Shown here: in pieces, positions 1 through 12,920 of the stretch
Position numbering within the stretch: position 1 is the first letter of the stretch
Layout: the number at the start of each line of letters is the position of its first letter
Assembly (NCBI RefSeq): GCF_004010195.1
Contig: NC_057718.1
Span: 54,027,618-54,078,921, forward strand
Length of the DNA stretch: 51,304 nucleotides
DNA from: Chiloscyllium plagiosum
Taxonomy: Eukaryota
Reading direction: 5' to 3'
Notes under the pieces: model-generated
Seen by the model: the letters and a program-made list of their open reading frames with translations, nothing else
Told to the model about the DNA's origin: nothing
The model's database searches: none
Program-made: the position numbers and the translations under genes

Positions 1-376
1 AACAGTTTCCTCATTTCCCGTTCCCCCACCTCATCCTAGCTTCTAACCTCCAGAAACTCGGTCCCCTGACCTGTCCGGACTTGTCCGACCTGCCCAGCTC
101 CTTTTCCACCTATCCACTCCACCCTCTCCTCCCTGACCTATCACGTTCATCTCCTCCCCCACTGAACTATTGTACTCTATGCTACTCTATCCCCACCCCC
201 ACCCTCCTCTCGCTTATCTCTCCACGCTTCAGGCTCTCTGCCTTTATTCCTGATGAAGGGCTTTTGCCCGAAACGTCGATTTTGCCTGTCCTCGGATGCT
301 GCCTGAATTGCTGTGCTCTTCCAGCACCACTGCTCCAGAATCTGGTTTCCAACATCTGCACTCATTGTTTTTACCC
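1..376 (+). mobile_element. Penelope-like element 3' end (pseudo-LTR), probably continuing beyond the window start
   Basis: C-rich tract followed by hammerhead core CTGATGA-A-GGGC-TTTT-GCCC-GAAACGTC and the tail ...GGATGCTGCCTGA...CCAGCA...CATCTGCA shared with copies at 1601-1801, 3400-3702 and 34405-34522. Confidence 0.8.
250..277 (+). ncRNA. Minimal type I hammerhead ribozyme core (PLE-associated)
   Basis: CTGATGA (250-256), stem II GGGC/GCCC with TTTT loop, GAAA (270-273), palindromic ACGT, predicted GUC cleavage triplet ending at 277. Stem I is weak. Confidence 0.75.
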
Positions 377-704
377 TGGGCTGAGCAGGTGCCCAGTCTC
401 CAACTGGCCTGCAATATTTCCTCTCTGGCCAACTAAGAAGCTGTCGCAGTGAGGTACTCACCAGATTATGCTCCCAAATGTTCTAAGGCTGATGCATCTA
501 CCTGAGCTGGTGGAAGGTACAGGAGGCAGCATTGGCGATGTCTCTTCCTCAGAGAAGAAGAAGGTGCCTTTGGATAGTGCAGGCTATTTCTCCACTAGGA
601 TCACAGACATCTTGTTGGCAGCTGCAAGACACAAAGGTTAGAATTATGTGCCATGAATGACACCAACAGTGGAATTACTGAGAGAGTTACACTGGAATGA
701 AGAG

Positions 705-1145
705 TACGTTAGAGTCAAAGTCATACTGCATGGAAACAGACCCTTTGGTCCAACTCATCCATGCTGACCACCTTTTCCAAACTAAACTAGTCCCATTTGT
801 TTCTAAACCTTTCTTATTCATGTACCTGTCCAAATGTCTTTTAAATGTTGTAACTCTACCTACATTTATTAATTCCTCTGGCAGTTCATTCCACATACAA
901 ACCACCCTCTGTGTGAAAAAGTTGCCCCTCAGGTCCCTTTTAAATCTTTTTTCTCTCACCTTAAACATATACCATCTGGTTTTGAACTCCCCGATACTAG
1001 AGAAAAGACTTTTGCTATTCACCTTATCATGCCCCTCATGATTTTAGAACCCCTACAAAAGGTCACCACTCAACCTCCTATGCTCCAGATAAAAACATCC
1101 CAGAAAATCCAGCCTCTATGTATAACTCAAACCTTCCTGTCTCAG
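705..1145 (-). mobile_element. CR1 LINE 3' fragment
   Basis: Minus translation FKVREKRFKRDLRGNFFTQRVVCMWNELPEE...FKRHLDRYM is the CR1 ORF2 C-terminus. Confidence 0.9.
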
Positions 1146-1600
1146 ATATATCTTTGAAGAGAGTTCAGAAAATATTTACAATCAGTTGTTAGGACATGGA
1201 TAGCTTGGTATTCTGGCAGAAGCAGTCTTGATCTTCTAATGTGAGGGACAGGATTTCATCTTCTCATGGGTAAGGAGTCTGATTTGTAAGTCACTTATTT
1301 ATTAGTTTAAATTAGGATAAATCACCTGAACCAGATGGACTTCACCCCCCAGGGTTCTATGAGAGATAGCTGAAGAGCTAATGAAGGTGTTAGTGCTGAT
1401 CTTTCAGGAAGCATTAGAATCAGGAAGGATCCCAGGGGGCTGGAAAATTGCTAACGTGACACCCCTATTTAAAAAAAGGGAGTAAGACAAGAGAGAAAAT
1501 TACAGATGGATTAACCTAACCTCAGTCATGGGTGTGATCCTGGAATTCATTGTGAAGGAGGAGATTTCTGAATACTTGGAAGTCTATGGTAAAATAGGGC

Positions 1601-1801
1601 TGGAAATGTGTTGCTGGAAAAGCGCAGCAGGTCAGGCAGCATCCAGGGAACAGGAGAATCGACATTTCGGGCATAAGCCCTTCTTCAGGAATGCCCGAAA
1701 CGTCGATTCTCCTGTTCCCTGGATGCTGCCTGACCTGCTGCGCTTTTCCAGCAACACATTTCCAGCTCTGATCTCCAGCATCTGCAGACCTCACTTTCTC
1801 C
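1601..1801. mobile_element. Short palindromic PLE insertion with 18-bp TSD
   Basis: TCTATGGTAAAATAGGGC at 1583-1600 and 1802-1819. The inside is a minus-strand pLTR end followed by a plus-strand pLTR end. Confidence 0.85.
1661..1688 (-). ncRNA. Hammerhead core in inverted pLTR copy
   Basis: Reverse complement reads CTGAAGA-A-GGGC-TTAT-GCCC-GAAA-TGTC. Confidence 0.65.
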
Positions 1802-2812
1802 TCTATGGTAAAATAGGGCAAAGTCAGCTTGGTTTCATCAAGGAGAGGTCACATCTTACAAATCTGCTAGAATTCGTTGAGGAAGTAACGAACAGGTTAG
1901 ACCAAAGAGAGCCAATGGATGTTATCTACCTTTGACAAGGTGCTACACAGGAGGCTATTGAGTAAGATAAGGGTCCAAGGTGTTAGAGGCAAGGTGCTAG
2001 CACGGATAGAAGCTTGGCTGTCTAGCAGTAGGCAGAGAGTGGTGATAAAAAGGTACTTCTCAGGATGGCAGCCAGTGACAATAAATGTTTTGCAAGGCGG
2101 TGTGTTGGGACCACAACTTTATACATTAACAATGAAGGAACTGAGGGCATTCTGACTATGTTTGCAGATGATAGAAAGATAGGTAGAGGGACGAGGATGC
2201 AGAAGTTTTGAACATGATAGGAGTGGGCAAAGAAGTGGCAGATGGAGTACAATGTGGAAAGGTGAGAGGTCATGTACTTTGGTAGGAAGAAAAATAGGTA
2301 TGCACTATTTTCTAATGGGGAGACAATTCAGAAGTCTGAAGTTTAAAAGGATTGGGGGGGATCTAATTGAAACATACAGAATATTGAATGGTCTGGACAA
2401 AGTAGATGTTGGGAAGATGTTTCCATTGGTAGGAGAGACTAGGTCCTGAGGGCATAGTCTTCGAGTAAAAGGAAGACCTTTTAGAACAGAGATAAGGAGA
2501 AAATTCTTCAGCCAGAGAGTGGTGAATCTATGGGATTCTTTGCCACAGAAGGCTGTGGAGGTCAAGTCATTGAGTATATTTAAGACTGAGATAGATAGGT
2601 TCTGGAGTATCAAGGGCTATGGGAAGAAAGCAGGAGAATGGGGTTGTGAAAATTAGAGCTAAAAATGTGTTGCTGGAAAAGCGCAACAGGTCAGGCAGCA
2701 TCCAAGGAACAGGAGAATCGACATTTCGAGCATAAGCCCTTCTTCAGGAATGAGGAAAGTGTGCCCAGCAGGCTAAGATAAAAGGTAGGGAGGAGGGACT
2801 TGGGGGAGGGGC

Positions 2813-3348
2813 NNNNNNNNNNNNNNNNNNNNNNNNNNNNNNNNNNNNNNNNNNNNNNNNNNNNNNNNNNNNNNNNNNNNNNNNNNNNNNNNNNNNNNNN
2901 NNNNNNNNNNNNNNNNNNNNNNNNNNNNNNNNNNNNNNNNNNNNNNNNNNNNNNNNNNNNNNNNNNNNNNNNNNNNNNNNNNNNNNNNNNNNNNNNNNNN
3001 NNNNNNNNNNNNNNNNNNNNNNNNNNNNNNNNNNNNNNNNNNNNNNNNNNNNNNNNNNNNNNNNNNNNNNNNNNNNNNNNNNNNNNNNNNNNNNNNNNNN
3101 NNNNNNNNNNNNNNNNNNNNNNNNNNNNNNNNNNNNNNNNNNNNNNNNNNNNNNNNNNNNNNNNNNNNNNNNNNNNNNNNNNNNNNNNNNNNNNNNNNNN
3201 NNNNNNNNNNNNNNNNNNNNNNNNNNNNNNNNNNNNNNNNNNNNNNNNNNNNNNNNNNNNNNNNNNNNNNNNNNNNNNNNNNNNNNNNNNNNNNNNNNNN
3301 NNNNNNNNNNNNNNNNNNNNNNNNNNNNNNNNNNNNNNNNNNNNNNNN
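2813..3348. other. Assembly gap (536 N)
   Basis: Run of N. Confidence 1.
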
Positions 3349-3572
3349 GACTGAGACAAGGTGGGGGGAGGGGAAATCAGGAAACTGGAGAAATCTGAGT
3401 CAGCACCACCTTCCTAACCTGCAATCTTCTTCCTGACCTCTCCGCCCCCACCCCACTCCGGCCTATCACCCTCACCTTGACCTCCTTCCACCTATCGCAT
3501 TTCCAACGCCCCTCCCCCAAGTCCCTCTTCCCTACCTTTTATCTTAGCCTGCTGGGCACACTTTCCTGATTC

Positions 3573-3600
3573 CTGAAGAAGGGCTTATGCCCGAAACATC
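3573..3600 (+). ncRNA. Hammerhead core (PLE pLTR)
   Basis: CTGAAGA-A-GGGC-TTAT-GCCC-GAAA-CATC. Confidence 0.65.
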
Positions 3601-5504
3601 GATTCTCCTGCTCCTTGGATGCTGCCTGACCTGCTGCGCTTTTCCAGCAACACATTTTCAACTCTGATCTCCAGCATCTGCATTCATCACTTTCTCCTCG
3701 AAGTTGTGAAAATTAGCCATGATTGAATGGAACAGCAAACCTGATGGGCTGAATGGCCTAATTTCTACTCCTGTGTGTTATGGTCTTTTAGTTCCTTCTC
3801 AGGTTTCAGTTTCTTTCTCCCTTTTTCTCTTTGAACTCTGAAAGATAGAGAAAACATTTATAAAGGTCAATCTGAGACTGTGGTTCTGGATCACTGGAGT
3901 AAAATATCATCTTCCTTTGGAGTTAAGCAAAGAATTAGTTCTATGTGATCATTTGTTACTTCCATTGTCCATCAGTTAGGGTGACACTACAATGAAAGTT
4001 CGGGAGTGTCTGCTGTCAGGCTCACTACCAGTACAGACCAAGTGATAGATGAAATTTGAAATGCCAATACATTGTGAAGATGCAGCATTACTGAAATAAG
4101 GTCACTTAGCTTTTATCCATGGAGACAACCTCAAAAACTGTAACAGTCTTTGCGCCTGTTTTCTTTTTGCTTAATGCTCATGCAACATTGTGCGAGAATA
4201 AGTTAATTTTCCATTTTTTATTTACTGATATAATTTACTACTATGTTGTCATCAGAATATACATTAGACAGTTTACTCCAACCTCTGATTGTAAAGTTAA
4301 AATCTAATCTACTATGAGCACTCATTCATTTGTCTCTTTTTAGTTTTGAACTATTCGATGTATTAGAACCATGTCTGTGGAGTTAATGGAAGGTCATGCT
4401 GGTTAGTTATCTGTACCTTTATCTACTTTCCTTTCCCTAGAAGTTTAAGTTAGGCACACTCGGTGTGTCATATCTGCCTTTAATTTTGTTCATTTCTCTC
4501 ATGCTTCCTATTACTTCATGCTATCATCACTTCTTCCATTAAATCATTCCTGTTCTTCATTTAAACATTTTGTAATTCATGCTGTATCTGTTTCTGGGTG
4601 TATGTGTTTTCCCGTCCTCATGTTTCTGGACGTTTCAGTCATGCTTTCCCAAAGGTCAATACCCAAAATCAGAACCGGTTTGTTCACTCTACACATGCTG
4701 CCTGATGTAACAAATGTTTCCATCAATTTCTGCTCTTTTTAAAAGTTAAGGATTGGAATAGTGAGACTCAAAATGAATATAAACATGGTTTGGAGTGAGT
4801 TACTTGCACCTGCAAAGAGATATGATCTATTTTTACAAGATGCATATGGTGCCATTCTCACTGTTGGTAAGTGCCCAATAGTAAGCTTACAGATAGCAGG
4901 AGAGACAACTGTAGAACAGGAGGTAATGGCAATTACTCTGGAACTGATGATAAAGCATTCCTCCTCCTGCTGACAACACAGGAATCAATTTAGAGTTTTG
5001 TTCATTAAATGAACTTTTGTTGGTGGTTGGTAGTTTAGCCTACAGCAACTGATCAATCACCTCTAGATTTGACTAAAGGACCCAATAGATGTTTTTTTTA
5101 AGACATATATGCATGAAAACTTAGCAAGCCCAATATTGGTTTGGCATTTTTACAGGTGATTTTTAGTTGAATGGGATATCATTCCCCAAATTGATTGTTT
5201 CTGTATCTGTTGAATGGCCCGACGCAAGTCCAGTATCTATCCCTAAATGTACCTATTCTCATAATCCTCTTCACACTAAACTACTGATTATCCAACCAAT
5301 CCTCCCCATTTCCATTTTGGTTGATATTAGAAATAGTTCTTTCTCCTTGGATTTTTTTCTCTCTTCTTTAAATTTGCCATTAATGCCCCCCTCCCAAAAG
5401 GTCAACCCACCATCCTTGCAAACCGACATCTCATCTCCAACTTTCCAAAGTCCAAATAATGCTGTGACAGTCCAAATCCATCCCTATACCTCCCAGAACT
5501 TATA

Positions 5505-6150
5505 GAATCATAGAGTCAGAATACAGCATGGAAACAGACCCTTCAGTCCTACTGGTCCATGCCAACCAGATATCCTAAATTAATCTAGATTTACTTGCCA
5601 GCATTTGGCCCATGTCCCTCTAAACCTTTTATATTTACATACCCATTCAGGTGCCTTTTAAATGTTGTAATTGTACCTGCTTCCACCACTTCCTCTGATA
5701 GAGGGTGGAGCATATATGGAATGAAAAAGTTGCCCCTCAGGTCACTTTTAAATGTTTCTCCTCTCACCCTAAATTAATACCCTCTAGTTCTGGACAGCCT
5801 TACCCTGGGAAAAGCACCTTTGCTATTCACCTTATCCATGCCCTCATGATTTTGTAAACCTCTATAGAGGGCTTCCCTCAGTCTCTGACACCCCAGGGAA
5901 AATAGTCCCAGCCTATTCAACCTCTCCCTATAGCTCAAACCCACCAAATTCAGCAAAAGCCTTGTAAATCTTTTCTGTACACTTTCAAGTTTCACAACAT
6001 TTTTCCTATAGCAGGGAGACCAGAAGTGAACGCAGTATTCCAAAAGTGACATAACTAATGATCTATACAGCCACAACATGACCTTCCAACTTCTATACTC
6101 AATGCACTGACCAATAAAGGCAAGCATTTCAAACATGTTTTTCACCATCC
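5505..6150 (-). mobile_element. CR1 LINE 3' fragment
   Basis: LYRSLVMSLLEYCVHFWSPCYRKNVVKLESVQKRFTRLL, CR1 ORF2 C-terminal region. Confidence 0.9.
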
Positions 6151-6179
6151 ACTCTAATGTTTTGTTTTAAATCCTAAAG

Positions 6180-6470
6180 TCAAGTTTCTGCCCCGAGACA
6201 GTACTGAAACTTCTCTTGTTAAAGTCATAAATGACAATGCACCTAGTGCCTCTAAAAGCTGTGTGGAAATGCTCTCAACTGGTTTCTTTATTATCAACAT
6301 AACTACCTAGAAACCGAATTGCAATGGTTTCCTTCCTGCTCCTTCTCCACGACATCTGTGATTCGCAAGGCTCTATCTTTAACCTGCTCTAATCATCATC
6401 TATACACTGGTCCTTGGCAACTTCATTCAAAAATAACTTAATTTATACATTCACATTGAGAACAACTTTT
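6180..6470 (+). mobile_element. Old L2/CR1-group LINE RT remnant
   Basis: ...CACAGTACTGAAAC-like sequence encoding STETSLVKVIND, resembling the L2 motif HSTETALxKVxND, followed by a QGSI-like segment. Confidence 0.55.
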
Positions 6471-6775
6471 CTATATAATTTATATCTCAGCTATGCAGAG
6501 ATTACACCAGTTTCCATGTGTGTATATATTGTATTTACAGTGCTTTAAATTGTCTGCTCTCATGCTTCTAGCTTTTAGCTCCATCTAGCAGCCCAATACA
6601 GTGTGGTTACTTTTGTCTGACACCATATTCAGGCTTTATCAATCACATTGATCATCAAAGGTAAACAGCCTTATATAATCAAATACTAACACTACTTCCT
6701 TCTCCTGGGTAAGCTAAAAACCTTACTTTCAGTTAAATCATCCCACATAACAAATACATGCAGACTGAGTCTAGC

Positions 6776-7081
6776 TTAGATTACTTACAGTGTGTGGAAA
6801 CAGGCCCTTTGGCCCAACAAGTCCACACCGCCCCGCCGAAGCGCAACCCACCCATACCCCTACATTTACCCCTTACCTAACACTACGGGCAATTTAGCAT
6901 GGCCAATTCACCTGACCTGCACATCTTTGGACTGTGGGAGGAAACCGGAGCACCCGGAGGAAACCCATGCAGACACGGGGAGAACGTGCAAACTCCACAC
7001 AGCCGCCTGAGGCGGGAAATGAACCCGGGTTTCTGGCGCCGTGAGGCAGCAGTGCTAACCACTGTGCCACCGTGCCGCCCA
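6776..7081 (-). mobile_element. tRNA-derived SINE (HE1-like)
   Basis: Minus strand has a GGCGGCACGGTGGCACAGTGGTTAGCACTGCTGCCTCAC head (A box), a CCGGGTTCATTTCC B-box-like motif, a conserved core and a TAATCT tail. Confidence 0.9.
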
Positions 7082-7339
7082 CATTTCTTATTGTTTCTTA
7101 TTTCTTATTGTTTCATTGGTCAGTTTCATTCTAAGCAAATGAATAGTGGTTGAGATACGAAGGTCTCCAATCACAGCACTGTGATCTACAACATTGAGGA
7201 TGTAGTTTTGTGTGTTAACTTTGGATGTATGAACTTGTGCAATACACAGCTTCAAAGTTTTCCAAATGAAGATGATCTGACCATCTGTAGATATTTAGAG
7301 GTCAATGACCAGGTCCTGATAAAGCTAACAATAAAGTCT

Positions 7340-8040
7340 GCATATAGCATAGCACTCAGCATAGAGTGTAAACTTAGTACTAGAGAGATATTATTCACAA
7401 GCGTAGGTACAAGCTCTTGCTTCTCTTTCTGAAGTAGAGGATTTGCATTCAGTTCCTGAAAACAGTGATGATGCATAAGTGATGGGTCACTTCCTTCCAT
7501 GGACCTTCAAAGTACTGTTCCAGTTGTAGTTCCTGACAAAGCGGTTGTGACACGCATGTTTCCATATATGGATTGTATATGCTAGGATTGGTGGAGATGC
7601 TATCTTTGCCATTAACGTAGAAAATTTTGTTTGCTGGGCAACTGTTCATTCAATTTTTGCAGTAGCTTTCACAGAGAGAACACAATGTCTGTGTGCTTTG
7701 GAAATAATTAACGGTGTTACATGATAGTACCAAGGAATGATGCCAGTCTTTCGCATAAGAGAGTTTCAGAGGTGTATGAATGGCTTTGACATTGATGTGT
7801 GTAGGTTTACTCCAGCTGTTGCCACCTTTATGCTCGAAGAAGTCAATTTTGGGTGCCACAAATATGCATTCATCTTTGTTAAATGTCAAATTGTCTTGAG
7901 CAGTTAAGTGAGCACCAGTACTAACTACTAATCATACTCCACCTCGTCTCTGCCACAGACAACAACATAATCTCATAGGTTGAGCATCTCCTCAAACTTC
8001 TGAGAAATGGGTCTTCTGGAATGTACCAAGTGTTGAACTT
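7340..8040 (-). mobile_element. Ty3/Gypsy pol remnant (RT C-terminus and RNase H)
   Basis: TFNKDECIFVAPKIDFFEH...KPTHINVKAI resembles LNxxKCxFxxxxIxFLGH. Downstream YASSLFSGTECKSSTSEREARAC resembles YASRxLxxxExxYSxxEREALAC. Many frameshifts. Confidence 0.75.
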
Positions 8041-9166
8041 CATCCATAGGGCAAACTGTAGTACCAAATCAAAATGGAGTTAATTCATTCTACCAAAATC
8101 TTGTATAATTTTCTATTCTCTGATAGTTTCAAATCATAAATAAATTGAAAGCTCTTAATTTGTCACACATTCTATAGAGACAAGGCTTAATGTGTATCCA
8201 GATGGGCTTCCGAGAAATGTTGTGGTGTATCTATGATCTCAATATTCATGTGAAAGAGACAACTGCTAAAGAAAAGCAGCTTAGGACTGAGATGCCTATT
8301 GTATGATCCACCTGTACGTTCTGTAATTAATTACAGATAACCTCCGAGGTCTGATCGGAGGTTATCTAGTAGATCAAGCCATGCTAAAATACCACCAACT
8401 TCCAATATGACACTCCGACCCTAACCTTCCTCTGAATGAAATTTTAACAATGCTTTAAAATTTTCCAAACCAATCCCCACAGATATGACAGCCTTAGCTT
8501 TAATTTCCTACAATTTGCCTTCACACTTCCTCATTTCTGACAAATAATTGGAACCTATCCTCCACACTATCTGCCTTTTCATCTTTTCTATCTTCATCAG
8601 TGTGATTTTACAAATAGCTTGTTTCTACTCACATTCTTAAGAGACATTTCATATTGTCAACCTTTAAATTAGTGTCATTATCTTAGAAAATATCTACACC
8701 TTCTAGATGGGGCCAGATACACACAGGAATTCCATTTTTACATTCATCAATTAAGAGGACCTCTAAGGTTTTCAAAATCTGGTTTTGTTTTCATAGCCCT
8801 TTGTCACTTATCAAATATTACTTTCTTTTCTCCAGCAAACCACACAAAATATGATTTGGTTTCTTTCTTAAATTTCTAAATATTTTGCCTGTGAGCTATC
8901 CAACACAGCTACTTCACTGTCCCATAGTCACATTGTATGTGCGAAAGAGTTGATTACACTTCCAACATTTTCTCCATGACAGACTTTGAAATTAAAAAAA
9001 AGAGTCCAATTTTCTTTTGACCATTTCAGCGTTGTCACAATTTTCTCAAATAACATGAAATATATTTCAATTTCTCCCTCATTGTTTTAAGCATTAATAA
9101 AAATATTCCTTGACAGTCACATACCATGAGTTAAATCTGGAATATCATGTTTTCCTACTATCCCTT

Positions 9167-9723
9167 TGAAATAACTCCACAGAGGTCAGTATTCCATCAC
9201 CAAGTCACCTTTTATTTACACATGCATAGTACTTGTCACTGGTCTGGCTTCCTCAGCTTTCGGAATGAACAGAACTTCTAACCTTTGTTTATTTATTTTT
9301 TCCTTTTTTCACAATAAACAATAAAGAAAAGCAAAAATTCAAAATAAACTCTTCGTCAATAGGAAGACACCAATAGCAATAAATAAGATACACTGACAAG
9401 GTGATTCCAGGCTGTGTAGAAGTTCCTCTCCTTTCCTCTCTTCTCTCCTATCCTATACAGGAAAGTGGTGAGTCTTTCACTCTCACTCATCCAGCTCAGT
9501 CAGAGCCAGCTCTCAGTGTCAGATTGTCTGATAGTCCTCCTTTTTTTCGTCGTGTGTGTGCAGGTGTCGGACACAGTGAAAAACAACAAGTGTGTAAATC
9601 TTTATTTATATTGCACCATCAGGAAGAAAGGAAACACATGAGTGGCCAGTGACTAGCAGTGGCCCAATCAGAGAACACATATACTATGAGGTCCATCAGG
9701 CTGACCTCATTACAATCACTGTA
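9167..9723 (-). mobile_element. Probable solo LTR with internal nested fragments
   Basis: Minus strand ends AATAAAGGTGACTTGGTGATGG...GGAGTTATTTCA. The other end is a decayed TG-type terminus. Flanks CCCTT (9162-9166) and CCCCT (9724-9728) resemble a 5-bp TSD with one mismatch. Confidence 0.5.
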
Positions 9724-11034
9724 CCCCTACTTGTGTAACCTAACATTTTTGTGTTGACACCAAATTTCCTTGCTTATTTTTCACTTTGGAATTGGTGTGT
9801 TTTGGTTTGGTATTCGCAGTTTTCCTATTGTTTTGCTCCTTTGAATTCAAATTCAAGTTTTTATGTTTCTCTTTTGATTCAAGTCTTTTCATTTATTTTT
9901 CCAAACCTAATTAGTTCATTTGCAACTGAGTTTTAGCTGAATCAATGTGACTACTGTTGGGACCACCTTTTCATTCCACAGTGTTCAAAGTTTGAGCCAA
10001 AACTTCAAAATATCTCTGCCTTTTTAGTCTTAACTTTTGATTCTGTCCACATTCCCCTTGCTACTGCTTTCAAATTAACTTCTGTCGAATGTTGTAAGGC
10101 TATTTCTGTCAGGTTCACACCTTACAGGCTGCTACAAAAGGTAGAGTGCTGGCTAGATGGATAGAGAACTGGTTTGGTCACAGAAGACAGTATTAGTGGA
10201 AGGGTACTTTTCGGGATGGAGACCAGTAAGGTCCTCACCTTACAGAAATGCCTAAGCAATACAAATAGCCATGCTGAAATGTTAAATGTATACATCTAAA
10301 AGTCATTTAAATTGTTCATTTAAACCCTGGCAAATTCCAACCTCAGTATTCATCTGGGCAAGAGCTGTCAATTAGTCAGACATCCTCTGGAGGCTAATCA
10401 AAATGTAAAATAATACTTCAATACCCAATGAGTGACTTAACAGAATCACATGATGAAAATTTAACATTTTAAGACTTTTACTATAACTAAACAAAAAACT
10501 AAAACTAATATTGACTGGGCATTATTTAATAGGAAACTAATATCCTAAACTATAGAAAAGATATCAAAACCAAGCTTCCTAATAGAACTGAAACAATAAA
10601 CTTCATTTTTATATTCCTTACAGAAACTGGTTTAATGTTACTGCCAGATTCCAGACCTCCTCCCTATTTAGCTGAGTTGTTTTGTTCATTTCCAACCAAA
10701 AGTAATTTCCCTCAATCTTCTGAGAATCACCAAAAACTACTTTCAGCAGCAAGACAAATTCCATTTCCTTTCCCAGCCACAAAAAGGTCAAATCCTCTCG
10801 TGTCCTTAACACTCTACAGATTCTAATTTTTCAACCAGAGACCTCATCTCTGTCCTAAATGGTCTATCTCTTACTCTGAAACTAATGTCCCTTGGTTCTA
10901 TTTATCCCAGTCAAAGGAATCATTAAGCCATCGAGGCATTCTGCATGTTTTAATGAGATCACCACTTCTAAATTCTAGAGAATACAGGTCCAACTGTACA
11001 CAATACTCCAGGTAGCATTTCGTCAAAATTCTAA

Positions 11035-11480
11035 ACACGGGGAGTCCAGAACTAGAGGGCATAGGTTTAGGGTGAGAGGGGAAAGATATAAAAGAGACCT
11101 ATGGGGCAACGTTTTCAGAGTGGTAAGTGTACATAATGAGCTGCCAAAGGAAGTGATGGAGGGTGGTACAATTGCAACATTTGAGAGGCATTTGGATGGG
11201 TATATGAATAGGAAGGGCCGGGAGCTGGCAGGTGGGACGAGATTGGATTGGGGTATCTGGTCAGCATGGAATTCTCCTGTTCCCTAGATGCTACATAATG
11301 AGCTGCCAAAGGAAGTGATGGAGGCTGGTACAATTGCAACATTTGAGAGGCATTTGGATGGGTATATGAATAGGAAGGGCCGGGAGCTGGCAGGTGGGAC
11401 GAGATTGGATTGGGGTATCTGGTCAGCATGGATGAGTAGGACTGAAGGGTCTGTTTCCATGCTGTACATCTCTATGACTA
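11035..11480 (+). mobile_element. CR1 3' end containing a 141-bp tandem duplication
   Basis: RGERYKRDLWGN...NELPKEV...FERHLDGYM. 11130-11270 is repeated at 11292-11432. Confidence 0.9.
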
Positions 11481-11749
11481 TGACTTGTAACCAGATATCT
11501 TTACTCCTGTTCTCAAAATATTATTGCACAATTTTGCATTCCCTAAATGCCTGACCAGGACAACTGAAATTTATGTTAACTGGAATATTCCAGATCCAAA
11601 CCATTGATTCTATGATGCGATATTTGTTCATTTGTCTCTTTTGCCAATCACCTCAAATGTGCTATCAATCTTCTGTTCTCTAAAGGTGATTTTCTCCAAT
11701 CTGTCCACTGAATTTCCTCATTACTGGAACTATTTTTGTGCATCTTTTC

Positions 11750-12920
11750 TTGCAGTGGGAAGCAGTTAGAGAATATTCTGAGAGACAGAGTTTATTTCAC
11801 ATTTGAAACTGAATGGACTTTTTGGTGATATGTTTGTGCATGGCAGTTCATGTCTCACCAACTTTGAGTTTTTTTGAGGAGGTGACAAGAATGATTGATG
11901 AGGAAAGAGCAGTGGATGTTGTCTATGTCGACTTTAGTGAGGCATTTGTTCTGGTACCCCATGGCAGGCTGCTACAAAAGGTAGAGTCTCATGGGATCTG
12001 GAGGTGTGCTGGGTGGATAGAGAACTGGTTTGGTCATAGAAGACAGTAGCAGTGGAAGGGTGCTCTTCAGGATAGAGATCAATAATTAGTGGTGTTCCGC
12101 AATGATCAGTGTTGGGACCTTTGTTGTTCATAGTACATATATAAATGATGTGGAAGACAATTAAGTGATCTGATTAGTAAATTTGCAGATAACACTAAAT
12201 TGATGGAGTTGTCAAAGATATACTAGAATATAGATAGACTGCAGATTTGGGTAGAGAAATGGCAGATGGAGTTTAAACTGGACAAATTTGAGATGATGCA
12301 TTTTGGAAAATCACATTCAGATATGAATCATACAATAGATGGCAGAACCCTTAGAAGCATTGACACAGAGGGATCGGAGTGTCCAGGTCCATGAAAAAGT
12401 GATAACACATGTGGATAAGATGGTCAAGAAGGCATACCTCGTCTTTACCAGCCAGGGCATCAAACATAAAAGTTGGCAAGCTTTGTTCCAGCTGTATAAA
12501 ACTTTAGTCTGGCTACCTTTGGGATATTGCATGCAGTTCTGGTCATCCCACTACCAGAAGGACATGGATGCTTTGGAGAGGGTGCAGAGAAGGTTTACCA
12601 GGATGTTGCCTGGTCTGGAGGATTTTAGTTATGAGGAGAGGTTGATTAAGCTCACATTGTCTTTCCAGTGAAAAGAGGTTGAGGGGCGATCAGAGAGATG
12701 TCGACAAAATCACGAGAGGCATAGATAGAGTGAATACTCAGAGGCATTTTCCCCAGGGTTGAAAGGTCAACCTCAAAAGGGCACAGGTTCAAGGTGAGAG
12801 GGAGAAAGGTTTGGGGAGAAGTGCAGGGAAAAGTTTTTCTCAGAGGGTGGTGGGTGCCTGGAACACACTGCTAGTGGAGGTGGTGGAAGCAATGTTTAAG
12901 ACATGTCTTGACAGATAGAC
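11750..12920 (+). mobile_element. Decayed CR1 ORF2 (RT)
   Basis: FFEEVTRMIDEERAVDVVYVDFSEAF, FADNTK, LERVQRRFTRMLPGL. Confidence 0.9.

Larger units (their letters stand above)
2657..3702. mobile_element. PLE insertion with inverted pLTR arms and 14-bp TSD, spanning the assembly gap
   Basis: GTTGTGAAAATTAG at 2643-2656 and 3703-3716. 2657-2812 is approximately the reverse complement of about 3508-3665. Confidence 0.85.
1310..3790 (+). mobile_element. Decayed CR1 LINE (ORF2 RT to 3' UTR) interrupted by two PLE insertions
   Basis: Motifs GFIKERSHLTNLLEF, FDKVLHRRLL, QGGVLGP, FADD, RNFFSQRVV-like. The CR1 sequence resumes after each TSD-flanked insertion. Confidence 0.9.

Noticed and set aside
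462..621. 160-nt minus-strand segment with a branch point, acceptor and GTGAGT donor
   Set aside because: Stop codons occur in all three frames. It may be a decayed TE-derived or non-coding exon, but is not supportable as CDS.
2691..3359. Long ORFs of 222 and 184 aa
   Set aside because: Artefacts of the N gap.
6899..7153. SINE-overlapping ORFs (also 29317-29571, 34560-34793, 36993-37399) and tRNA-like heads
   Set aside because: Spurious translations of SINE sequence. The heads are SINE Pol III promoters, not tRNA genes.
10240..10830. LTR-like composition here and at about 16330-16850, 27480-28060 and 44110-44530
   Set aside because: No termini, TSDs or coding motifs could be established by eye.
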